A stretch of 64,000 bases of DNA, from positions 32,001-96,000 of IMG/VR virus record IMGVR_UViG_3300027659_000011. The stretch is one strand, 5' to 3'. The position numbers and the translations under genes are program-made. This DNA comes from a virus. The notes beneath the pieces are model-generated. The model saw only the letters and a program-made list of their open reading frames with translations. It had not been told where the DNA came from and searched no databases. This document shows positions 50,974-59,612 of this stretch, in pieces; the first letter of the stretch is position 1; each line of letters begins with the position of its first letter.

Positions 50974-52014
50974 ATGAAAAAAGCATTTGTAATAAATGGG
51001 GGAGCAGGCAGAGTGTTATGCGCACTGCCTGCTTTAGAATACTATAAAAATAATATCGACAAAGATGTAGTTATTATTGCTGAAGCATGGCCTGAGTTAT
51101 TTTTACTCAGTCCAACTTTAAGAAATAATGTATATCATGTTGCCCATAAAAATCTTTTTGAACAAAAACTAAAAGATAGAGAAATTGAATGTCCTGAACC
51201 TTACAGATTAAATGCTTATTTTAATCAAAAAGCTAATCTTATTCAGGCTTTTGATAAAATTATAAACAACTTAGAAAGCGTACCAAGCTCTAAACCGATC
51301 AATTTAGAGCTTGGTAAAGCCGAACAAGTATATGGATATAATTTAGTAAATCAAGTAAAAGCACAACTTGGAAAAGAAAAGTGTGTAGTATTTCAGCCCT
51401 TTGGTAGTGGAGTACGACTAGAAGGTAATTTTGTATTTGATACTAGTGGTAGAAGTTTTGAACTAAATGACGTTATTAAAATAGTAACAGATCTTAATAA
51501 AAATTATGCTGTAATATTAATGCTTCCTTTTAAGATACCTACAGATAGGGAAATAAATGCAGCAGTTCCAGAAAATATAGATTTAGTTAAATGGGCAGGA
51601 GTTATCAAAGCTTGTGACTACTTTTTAGGATGTGATAGTGTTGGGCAACATTTAGCTCATGCTTTAAATAAACCTACTACAGTTGTAATAGGCTCAACAT
51701 TTCCTGAAAATATATCTTATCCCGATAACAAAAATTTCAATATTATTGATAATGGAAAAGCAACAAGAACATATACTCCAATTAGATTAACTCATGATAC
51801 AGATGCTGAAAGAAACAATGAAGATTCAATGATTCTTAGCACCGATACTTACACTAAAATTATTAAAAGTGTAGAAAATAAACTAGGTGTTAGTAAAGTC
51901 AAAAAAGATTTTACTACAAACGTTAAACCAATAAACACTCAAGCTCAAAGTATGCCAAATTTTGCAAAAAAGGCTACTAGTTTGATTGAAGATGTAATTG
52001 CTAAAGAGGCATAA
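50974..52014 (+). CDS. Glycosyltransferase family 9 (heptosyltransferase-like)
   Basis: GGAGRVLCALPAL N-terminus; VFQPFGS; IKACDYFLGCDSVGQHLAHALNKPTTVVIGST matches GT9 DS..HLA.A...P motif. Confidence 0.75.
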   Translation: MKKAFVINGGAGRVLCALPALEYYKNNIDKDVVIIAEAWPELFLLSPTLRNNVYHVAHKNLFEQKLKDREIECPEPYRLNAYFNQKANLIQAFDKIINNLESVPSSKPINLELGKAEQVYGYNLVNQVKAQLGKEKCVVFQPFGSGVRLEGNFVFDTSGRSFELNDVIKIVTDLNKNYAVILMLPFKIPTDREINAAVPENIDLVKWAGVIKACDYFLGCDSVGQHLAHALNKPTTVVIGSTFPENISYPDNKNFNIIDNGKATRTYTPIRLTHDTDAERNNEDSMILSTDTYTKIIKSVENKLGVSKVKKDFTTNVKPINTQAQSMPNFAKKATSLIEDVIAKEA

Positions 52015-53814
52015 ATGGAAAAAACAGGATATATACTTGGAATTAGTCGTGGACATAATGCAGGAGCATGTTTATTAAAAGATGGTAAAATTATTTTTGC
52101 TATTGAAGAAGAACGACTAAGTAGAGCTAAGTATGATGGTGGACCCTATGCCGCTATGATTAAAGTAAAAGAGTACACTGATAAAGTAGATTTTATTGTA
52201 GTTTCACATACTCAAAGCTTAAAAGAAACTTGCGGTAAAGTTGATTTTTATGGGGATAATATCTATGCAGGACTTGCACGAAAATTAGGTCTAATTGACG
52301 GCAGATTAGGAACTCCTGATGAACACCCTCAAGTAATTGATCTTAGTAGTCAACACCATAAAATTCATGCAGCAGCAGCATTTTATCGTAGTGGATTTGA
52401 AGAGGCAATAGCAGTTATTGTAGATGGAGCAGGTAGTGCACTGCCAGCTACCTATAAAAATGAACCTATTATTTTATGGGAAGTAGAATCTATTATTGAT
52501 TGCGAGTATACAAAACCTTTTAAAACACTATACAAACACTACGCTTCTAGAAGTGCTGTACCTGTATATCATAACTTAGAAGAGTCTAGCGATAAACTAG
52601 GTGAAGAAGGTACTCATGAAGTATTAATGAGTGGACATGCAGGAATTACTAAAGTTTATGAAGCTGTTACAGAATATTGTGGTTTTCAAGCTATTGAAGC
52701 CGGAAAAACTATGGGATTATTTCCATATGGTAAACCCAATGATAATATTCCAAAATTATTTAATTCTGATACTAGAATACCTCTTTCAAATGCTAATGTT
52801 GTTGTGCCACAAATGCCTAATGGGGCAGAAGTTAGTCATATGGCGTATGAAGAGTTACAGACACCTTTTAGTATTGATAATCCCACACTACTACAAAATC
52901 GTAGAGACCTTGCTTATGCTTGTCAAACGGAAACTCAAGAACAAGTTCTTAACCTTATCTTAAAAGGTGTAGAAACTAGCGGTAAAAATAAAGTAGTGTT
53001 AAGTGGTGGTTATGCTTTAAACTGTGTGGCAAACTACTATTACTTAACAGAATTACATAAACGTGGCATTGAATTATATGTTGAGCCTGTTTCTAATGAT
53101 GGTGGTACGGCTATTGGTGCCGCCTTGGTATTCTATCATATGACGGAACCTGATGCAGTTAATGTAAAACATCCACGAGAAATATACTTAGGACCTGAAT
53201 ACAACTATTCTGAACAAGATATTGCTAAACTTGCTCATAAATATGATGCAGAAATTAGCGATACTACTAAAGAAGATGTAGTCGACTTAATGACTACAAA
53301 AAACATAGTTGCAATGTTTCAAGGCAGATCTGAAAACGGTCCACGTGCCTTAGGCAATCGCAGTTTGATGTTTGACCCTACGTTCCCAGACGGCAAAGAT
53401 TTTGTAAATGAAATTAAGCATCGTGAGTACTTTAGACCTTTTGCAGGATCTATATTAGAAGAAGATGTTCATGAATGGTTTGATCTTCGCGGTATGCCAA
53501 ATAGCCCACACATGATGTATGCTGTTAACTGTCAACCAGGTGTCGAAGAAAAAATTCCTTCAATTATTCATGTTGATGGTACTTGCCGTATCCAAACAGT
53601 TACACGAGAAGAAAACCCACACTACTATGATGTAATTAAAGCTTTTAAAGATAAAACTGGTATTCCTATTATCTTTAACACAAGCTTTAACTTAGGTGGT
53701 GAACCTTTGGTAGAAACTCTTGATGATGCTCTGTGGACCTTAAGTAAATCTGGTATTGACTATTTGTACTTACCAGAGTATAATAAACTTTTAACAGTTA
53801 AAACTAAACAATGA
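52015..53814 (+). CDS. O-carbamoyltransferase (NodU/CmcH/TobZ family)
   Basis: HNAGACLL...EEERLSR, HHKIHA, VDGAG, GKTMGL, SGGYALNCVAN, GRSENGPRALGNRS, REYFRPFA, HVDGTCRIQTV, NTSFN. Confidence 0.92.
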   Translation: MEKTGYILGISRGHNAGACLLKDGKIIFAIEEERLSRAKYDGGPYAAMIKVKEYTDKVDFIVVSHTQSLKETCGKVDFYGDNIYAGLARKLGLIDGRLGTPDEHPQVIDLSSQHHKIHAAAAFYRSGFEEAIAVIVDGAGSALPATYKNEPIILWEVESIIDCEYTKPFKTLYKHYASRSAVPVYHNLEESSDKLGEEGTHEVLMSGHAGITKVYEAVTEYCGFQAIEAGKTMGLFPYGKPNDNIPKLFNSDTRIPLSNANVVVPQMPNGAEVSHMAYEELQTPFSIDNPTLLQNRRDLAYACQTETQEQVLNLILKGVETSGKNKVVLSGGYALNCVANYYYLTELHKRGIELYVEPVSNDGGTAIGAALVFYHMTEPDAVNVKHPREIYLGPEYNYSEQDIAKLAHKYDAEISDTTKEDVVDLMTTKNIVAMFQGRSENGPRALGNRSLMFDPTFPDGKDFVNEIKHREYFRPFAGSILEEDVHEWFDLRGMPNSPHMMYAVNCQPGVEEKIPSIIHVDGTCRIQTVTREENPHYYDVIKAFKDKTGIPIIFNTSFNLGGEPLVETLDDALWTLSKSGIDYLYLPEYNKLLTVKTKQ

Positions 53815-54218
53815 AAATTTTTGTAAACGGCACTTTTGACGTTTTACATCCAGGACACCTAGACTTGCTGAACTACGCAAAAAGTCTAGGTGACTTTTTA
53901 CTGGTTGCAATTGATTCGGATAGTAGAGTCGCCAGCAAAAAGGGTTTGGATAGACCTGTCAACCCACAATATAATAGAGTTAAACTACTAGAAAATCTCA
54001 AGGCGGTTGATGAAGTAGTTGTGTTTGACAGCGACATAGAACTAGCACAAACAGTAAAAATACTTAGACCTGACATAATGATTGTTGGATCAGATTATAA
54101 AGATAAAACCGTAATTGGTTCGGAATATGCAAAGCAACTTAGATTCTATAATAGAACAACACCTTTCTCAAGTACCCAAATCTTGGAAGATTTTATTAAT
54201 AGGCGACACTTGTGTTGA
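53811..54218 (+). CDS. Nucleotidyltransferase (HldE/RfaE domain II-like, cytidylyltransferase superfamily)
   Basis: NGTFDVLHPGH (HxGH), DSD..V...KG..RP.N, VDEV, GSDY, SST. Confidence 0.85.
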   Translation: MKIFVNGTFDVLHPGHLDLLNYAKSLGDFLLVAIDSDSRVASKKGLDRPVNPQYNRVKLLENLKAVDEVVVFDSDIELAQTVKILRPDIMIVGSDYKDKTVIGSEYAKQLRFYNRTTPFSSTQILEDFINRRHLC

Positions 54219-54912
54219 CCAATATGTATATGGTCATATTGATAGATTAAGCCCTGAAGCTCCAGTTCCTGTATTTGTACCTGCGCACGAAGAAACTCGC
54301 AGAGGTATGGCAGGAAATGTTGAAGAAAACTTAAAATCTCTGGGTTGTACAGTACAGTTACTGACTATAAAAGGCAGTGTGAAAACTAGATTTATAGATG
54401 CAAGGTCTAATCAACATATTATGCGCTTAGATCAAGACGCTACTGGTGGACCTTTTGAGATTGAGTACCCACTACCCCCTATATTTGACGCAGTAGTAGT
54501 CAGCGACTATAACAAAGGCTGTGTTAGCTACGAATTAGTTGAACAACTAATAAGGATGTTCCCTTGCCCTATATTTGTTGACACTAAGAAAACAGATTTA
54601 GCTAGATTTGAAGGCACCTTTGTAAAGATTAATAATTTAGAAAATTCACTAGCTAAAACGTTTCCAAGTCAATTAATTGTAACACTTGGTAAACACGGTA
54701 CACGTTATAACGATGTTGTCTATCCTGCACCCGTTGTAGAAGTAGCAGATGTTTGTGGGGCAGGAGATACCTTTTTAGCAGCATTAACTTATGAATACTT
54801 AAATACAAAAGATATGGTTAAAGCTATTGAGTTTGCTAATCGTGCAGCTGCAATAACAGTAAAACATATGGGTGTTTATGCACCCACATTGAAAGAAATA
54901 AATGAGGCTTAA
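54127..54912 (+). CDS. PfkB-family sugar kinase (HldE/RfaE domain I-like heptose-7-P kinase)
   Basis: LIGD.C.D.Y..G...RLSPEAPVPV, GMAGNV, KTRF, SDYNKG, DVCGAGDTF; start codon uncertain (54115/54127). Confidence 0.85.
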   Translation: MQSNLDSIIEQHLSQVPKSWKILLIGDTCVDQYVYGHIDRLSPEAPVPVFVPAHEETRRGMAGNVEENLKSLGCTVQLLTIKGSVKTRFIDARSNQHIMRLDQDATGGPFEIEYPLPPIFDAVVVSDYNKGCVSYELVEQLIRMFPCPIFVDTKKTDLARFEGTFVKINNLENSLAKTFPSQLIVTLGKHGTRYNDVVYPAPVVEVADVCGAGDTFLAALTYEYLNTKDMVKAIEFANRAAAITVKHMGVYAPTLKEINEA

Positions 54913-55258
54913 TGGGTTTGTAGAAAAAGGTTGGGGCTCAGAGTTAATTTGGGCAACTAATGATAAATATTGTGGTAAGTTAATGAAATTTAACAAAGAC
55001 GCAAAATTTTCAATGCACTTTCACGCTGAAAAAGATGAAAGCTGGTATATCTTAGAAGGCAGATTTCTTATTAAGTTTATTGAGACCAATGACGCAAGCC
55101 TACACGAAGTAGTGTTAAAAGCTGGGGAAGTGTGGCGAAATAGACCCCTACAACCTCACCAAGTTGTTTGCATTGAAGCAGGTACAATTATTGAGGTTAG
55201 TACACCAGATTCAGTAGAAGATAATTATAGAATTATGCCAGGTGATAGTCAACAATGA
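54902..55258 (+). CDS. Cupin, sugar-phosphate isomerase-like
   Basis: VEKGWGSE, SMHFHAEKDESWYILEG, PH, IEVST: mannose-6-P isomerase type II / lyxose-isomerase-like cupin. Confidence 0.75.
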   Translation: MRLNGFVEKGWGSELIWATNDKYCGKLMKFNKDAKFSMHFHAEKDESWYILEGRFLIKFIETNDASLHEVVLKAGEVWRNRPLQPHQVVCIEAGTIIEVSTPDSVEDNYRIMPGDSQQ

Positions 55259-55563
55259 AATATATTATAGATATTGACGGAACAATTTGCTCAGTTGTTC
55301 TTAACGATGATGGCAGTGTAAACTATGATAAAACACAGCCGTACAAAGACAGAATTAAAAAAATCAATAAGTTAATAAGTGAAGGTCACGAAATAACTTA
55401 TTGGACAGCCAGAGGATCTGCATCTGGCGTTGATAGGTCAGAATTGACCAGAAAACAGCTCACAGAGTGGGGAGCAAGATATCACGAACTGTTATTTTAT
55501 AAACCTGTTTATGATATTTGGATTGATGACAAAGCCATTAACTCAGAACAATACTTTAAATGA
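55255..55563 (+). CDS. Small HAD-superfamily phosphatase
   Basis: DIDGT motif I, WTAR motif II, KP..D..IDDK motifs III/IV. Confidence 0.8.
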   Translation: MKYIIDIDGTICSVVLNDDGSVNYDKTQPYKDRIKKINKLISEGHEITYWTARGSASGVDRSELTRKQLTEWGARYHELLFYKPVYDIWIDDKAINSEQYFK

Positions 55564-56342
55564 AAATTTTATTAACAGGACACCGCGGTTTTATTGGCAA
55601 AAACTTATTAAAAGTCTTAGAAAACGCCGACCACGAGATTAGTACGTTTGAGTGGGATGATGGAAATATGCCCAGCGTTATGGAACAAGACTGGGTCATA
55701 CACATTGGTGGAATTAGCTCAACTACTGAGCGTGATGTTGACAAAATTATGCGACAAAATTATGATTTTAGTCGCCAACTATTTGCTGCTTGTAAAATTT
55801 ACGGAGTAAATTTACAGTATGCAAGCAGCGCTAGCATATACGGTTTAGGGTCAGATTTTAAAGAAACAGCACCTGTAGATCCAAGAAATGCCTATGCTTG
55901 GTCTAAATATATGTTTGAACGATACCATCAACAACATCAAGGTGGTAATATAGTACAAGGATTTCGTTACTTCAATGTATATGGATTAGGTGAAGACCAC
56001 AAAGGATCTCAGGCTAGTCCCTACCACCAATTTAAAAATCAAGCAGTTAAAGATGGTAAAATAAAAGTATTTGAAAATAGCCAAGATTATAGAAGAGATT
56101 TTGTACCAGTTGAGCAGATAGTTGCTACTCATCTGGCTTTTTTAAATAGTCAAGAATCAGGTATATTCAACATTGGCACAGGTACTACACAAAGCTTTTT
56201 AGAAGTAGCTGAGTATTTTAATGTTCCAATTGAAACAATACCAATGCCTGAACAACTAAAGGCAAGTTACCAAAAGTATACTTGTGCTGACATGACTAAA
56301 ACACGTAAGATTTATGACTACACTAAAAGAACTGACGCATGA
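55560..56342 (+). CDS. hldD: ADP-L-glycero-D-manno-heptose 6-epimerase-like SDR
   Basis: TGHRGFIG, SSTTE, YASSASIYG, YAWSK (YxxxK), RYFNVYG..E.HKG..AS, RDFV, YQKYTCAD. Confidence 0.8.
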   Translation: MKILLTGHRGFIGKNLLKVLENADHEISTFEWDDGNMPSVMEQDWVIHIGGISSTTERDVDKIMRQNYDFSRQLFAACKIYGVNLQYASSASIYGLGSDFKETAPVDPRNAYAWSKYMFERYHQQHQGGNIVQGFRYFNVYGLGEDHKGSQASPYHQFKNQAVKDGKIKVFENSQDYRRDFVPVEQIVATHLAFLNSQESGIFNIGTGTTQSFLEVAEYFNVPIETIPMPEQLKASYQKYTCADMTKTRKIYDYTKRTDA

Positions 56343-56853
56343 AAACCATGCAAAAGCAGAGGCTCATCCGTTCACAAAATTATTAATAACAGGTAATCTT
56401 CCTAGTCATGTATATGCCGACTACTTATATAATCAATTAGCTGCATATAATGCACTAGAAATATTATGTGAACAGCATGGTTTATTAGAAGGTATTGAAG
56501 ATATTAAAAGATCAGAAAAGATAATTAATGATTTAAATGAATTTATTGATGAATATCCTGAAGTACAGATTTACCCTTCTACATTAGACTATGTAGACTA
56601 TTTAGAAAAAGCATCGAGTAAACAGTTATTAGCTCATCTATATGTACGTCATATGGGCGATATGTATGGTGGACAGCTTATAAAAACAAAGATACCTGGT
56701 AATGGTACTATGTATGATTTTGAAAATCGTAAAGAGCTTATTCAAAAACTACGTGAAAGATTAACTGAAGATTTAGCAACAGAAGCAAATTATTGTTTTG
56801 AGCAAATTTTTTCAACATTCACGGAGTTAGCTAATGAGCACAATATTCTATAA
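56314..56853 (+). CDS. hemO: Heme oxygenase
   Basis: LKELTHENHAKAE (proximal His) and AHLYVRHMGDMYGGQ distal helix; EA..CF; directly upstream of a bilin reductase. Confidence 0.88.
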   Translation: MTTLKELTHENHAKAEAHPFTKLLITGNLPSHVYADYLYNQLAAYNALEILCEQHGLLEGIEDIKRSEKIINDLNEFIDEYPEVQIYPSTLDYVDYLEKASSKQLLAHLYVRHMGDMYGGQLIKTKIPGNGTMYDFENRKELIQKLRERLTEDLATEANYCFEQIFSTFTELANEHNIL

Positions 56854-57526
56854 ATTAAAAGCTCATGCACTAGAATTAGAATCAATTCTTAGTGCTAGAG
56901 CTTTTTCTTCGCCTTCAGAAATCACCTCAGAATGGTACACTAAGAATTTTTCTAGTGCTTGGGTTCGTAGAGCTAACCTAGATGTTATTGACGTATCAGA
57001 TTCTAAAAAACTGTATATGATGCATCTATGTATATTTCCCCATACATATGACGCTGCTCCTATATATGGATTCGATATCATAGCTGGTACAAATAAAATT
57101 ACAGGTGCCTTTTTAGATTTTTCACCTACAGGAGATCCTGAACATCCACTATGTAAGTGGTTTCAAGAGTTTGTAGAGCCAACATCATGGGCAAAACCCA
57201 GAGAATTACCTGAATGGGCACGAAACATATTTTCAAATCGTATGGTTGCTGCAGGTAATATTAATACTGATTTTGAATTAGCCGTATTACTAGAAATAAG
57301 TAAAAAGTCATTGGTTCACTATTTAGACAATATATCAAAACATCGCCCAATGTTAAAGTATGAAGATATGATATCACAGAATAATTTTACTGAAAAGCAA
57401 AATTATTACTGTCAGCAACAAAAATGCAATCCACATACTCCAAGAGTATTAAAAACATTAGGGTTTAATGATGAACAAGTACATGAGTACATACATAAAG
57501 AGCTATTTCCTGAAATCCCCGTTTAG
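56834..57526 (+). CDS. pcyX: Ferredoxin-dependent bilin reductase, PcyX/PcyA type
   Basis: MMHLCIFP, PIYGFDIIAG.NKITGAFLDFSP, RELPEWARNIFS, QNYYC..Q..NPHT.RVL, LFP; His/Asp catalytic pair; paired with heme oxygenase. Confidence 0.8.
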   Translation: MSTIFYKLKAHALELESILSARAFSSPSEITSEWYTKNFSSAWVRRANLDVIDVSDSKKLYMMHLCIFPHTYDAAPIYGFDIIAGTNKITGAFLDFSPTGDPEHPLCKWFQEFVEPTSWAKPRELPEWARNIFSNRMVAAGNINTDFELAVLLEISKKSLVHYLDNISKHRPMLKYEDMISQNNFTEKQNYYCQQQKCNPHTPRVLKTLGFNDEQVHEYIHKELFPEIPV

Positions 57527-57550
57527 TACAGAATACATATATTATTTATC

Positions 57551-57719
57551 AGGATTAGTTTACTGGGAAGATTTCCACAGTACGACTCCTAGCCCTTAAA
57601 AAATAAATTTAAAAAAGTTCTGAGTACGAGTATACCAAGAACTTTTTGTTTTATCAAAATTTTAACAAAACTATTTGTTAAATCTCTTTATCTTGGATAA
57701 TTAACTGTGTTAATAATCC
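57551..57719. other. Intergenic cluster of four inverted repeats
   Basis: Hairpins at 57551-57590, 57612-57647, 57661-57682 and 57695-57719. Confidence 0.55.
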
Positions 57720-57754
57720 TTCTTTTATAAAAAACTTTTTTTGGAAAAACAAAA

Positions 57755-58489
57755 ATGGAAATAGACTGCCCCGTAGAAGCCCAATATAAAGAGGTTAATT
57801 TAGCTAATCACCTCTTGGCTATAAAATTAGCTAATTTAGGTCCAGCAGATCCTCGTCAACCTAATACCCTATATTGGGGCGATAAAATGTCCTTGTGGAT
57901 GGTTGAAGAAGGTGTAGCACGTACGCAACTCTGCATGAACTGCGGTTATTATGATAAAAGCCCAGAAATGTTAGCTTACATTGCACAAGGCGAAGGTGGA
58001 ACCTTAAAACCCAGTGAATTACCCGTTGAGCCTCGTTGGGCGGATATTCAAGGTATGCCTGCAGCAATTTGTACACGTTGGAATATTACTTGTTCAGCTA
58101 TGCGCACTTGTGATAACTGGGAATCTTGTGAATCAGAAGAAGGGCACGAATCTGAAACTGAAGTCGAAGATATGCCACAAGTTGTAGATATGATGGCTAC
58201 TCAAATTGAGATGGAAAAAACACTACTAGAAAAAGCTGCAAAACTAAAAACTGGTGATAGTGTTAGTTGGAATAGTAGTGGCGGTACTGCCAGAGGTAAA
58301 ATTACTAAAATTATTACTAGCGGCTCAGAGCAAGTGCCTGACAGTAGTTTTACAATTACAGGTACAGAAGAAGATCCTGGTGCTCTTATTCGCTTATATC
58401 GCCCTGATGCAGACAATAAGTATAAGCCAACAGACACTATTGTAGGTCACAAAGTAAAAACTTTAACAAAAATTCCTTCGTTAACATAA
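57755..58489 (+). CDS. Two-domain protein: Cys-motif domain plus DUF2945/Tudor-like domain
   Basis: CMNC...C....TC....TCDNW; C-terminal LKTGDSVSWNSSGGTARGKI...VGHK. Confidence 0.55.
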   Translation: MEIDCPVEAQYKEVNLANHLLAIKLANLGPADPRQPNTLYWGDKMSLWMVEEGVARTQLCMNCGYYDKSPEMLAYIAQGEGGTLKPSELPVEPRWADIQGMPAAICTRWNITCSAMRTCDNWESCESEEGHESETEVEDMPQVVDMMATQIEMEKTLLEKAAKLKTGDSVSWNSSGGTARGKITKIITSGSEQVPDSSFTITGTEEDPGALIRLYRPDADNKYKPTDTIVGHKVKTLTKIPSLT

Positions 58490-58500
58490 GTAGGATAAAA

Positions 58501-59184
58501 ATGACAAAATCATATGAAACTCTTATAAAAGAGCTCGAACAGCTAGACCACTTAATAGAAACAATCTTAGATGAGATTGATAACAGCGTTAAAGAAGCTA
58601 AAATGTATACTCCCACAGACGGTATGGCAGCAGCAGCAGTACGTGCTTTAAAGTGGCGTGAAGAAGGTCATCAAGGCGGTACTATGGTAGGTCTTGCTCG
58701 CGCAAATCAGTTAAAGAATAAAGAAAATCTATCTGAAAGCACAGTGCTAAGAATGCATAGTTTTTTCAGCCGTCATGCCGTTGATAAACAAGCAACAGGA
58801 TTTTCAAGTGGAGAAGAAGGCTTTCCTAGTAAAGGTCGTGTGGCTTGGGATTTATGGGGAGGTGATCCTGGTGAGTCATGGTCACAACAAAAACGAGATC
58901 AAATTATGCGTGATCGAGAAAACAAATCTTTACCGTTAGCAAAACTAATTGTAAAAGGTTCTGTATCTGCAACCCATAGAATGGCAGCAGCACAAGTACT
59001 TGAAGACTATGCAAACGAAAATATTAGCGAAGAATTAGAAGCATTTGGTCAATTTATGTATCATGCCGAGTTGTTACGAAATGATCACTTAGACGTATAT
59101 TTAATAGACCTACATATGGTAGAACAACCATATCGTGATATGCTAGTTAATATATTTAGTAGTTTTCATAATATGGAATCATAA
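58501..59184 (+). CDS. Conserved phage protein of unknown function
   Basis: P..M...A.RAL.W...GGT.VG.ARA.QL...LS..TV.RM.SFFSRH...GRVAWDLWGGD domain, recalled from phage head-morphogenesis regions. Confidence 0.5.
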   Translation: MTKSYETLIKELEQLDHLIETILDEIDNSVKEAKMYTPTDGMAAAAVRALKWREEGHQGGTMVGLARANQLKNKENLSESTVLRMHSFFSRHAVDKQATGFSSGEEGFPSKGRVAWDLWGGDPGESWSQQKRDQIMRDRENKSLPLAKLIVKGSVSATHRMAAAQVLEDYANENISEELEAFGQFMYHAELLRNDHLDVYLIDLHMVEQPYRDMLVNIFSSFHNMES

Positions 59185-59612
59185 TGTGGATAATGAACTT
59201 TTTACCTAGCTGGATATTTCACTTACTATTTGCAGCAGGAGTACTAGCTCTAGTAGCTAGTTTTATAGTAAAAGCTATACCACTTTTAACTCAGTATAGA
59301 ATACCAGTACAAATAGCTGCAGTAGCAGCTATTTTAATAGCTACCTGGTTTGAAGGAGCTATTAGTAATCAAAATGCCTGGGTAGCTAAAGTTAAAGAGA
59401 TGGAAGTAAAAGTAGCTGAAGCTGAAAAACAAGCAGAAAATACTAATACTGAAATCAAAGAAAAAATAGTTAAACAAATACAAATTGTTAAAACTAGAGG
59501 TAACGATGTAATACAGTATGTTGACAGAGAAGTTGTAAAATACGATTCTCGTTGTGAAATACCACAAGAGTTTGTAAAAGCGCATAATGCAGCAGCAGAA
59601 AAAATAAAATGA
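59184..59612 (+). CDS. Inner-membrane spanin (Rz-like)
   Basis: N-terminal TM helices, coiled coil, C-terminal C.IP..FV..HN.AA; followed by lipoprotein and endolysin. Confidence 0.75.
   Translation: MWIMNFLPSWIFHLLFAAGVLALVASFIVKAIPLLTQYRIPVQIAAVAAILIATWFEGAISNQNAWVAKVKEMEVKVAEAEKQAENTNTEIKEKIVKQIQIVKTRGNDVIQYVDREVVKYDSRCEIPQEFVKAHNAAAEKIK

Noticed and set aside
50974-56342. Bacterial LPS locus, i.e. host contamination or prophage boundary
   Set aside because: Genes are compact, overlap each other, share strand and composition with flanking phage genes, and are followed by phage lysis genes; no integrase or att-like boundary seen
56314-57526. Cyanophage assignment based on bilin genes
   Set aside because: Reductase motifs look PcyX-like and no photosynthesis genes are in the window; not excluded without a phylogeny
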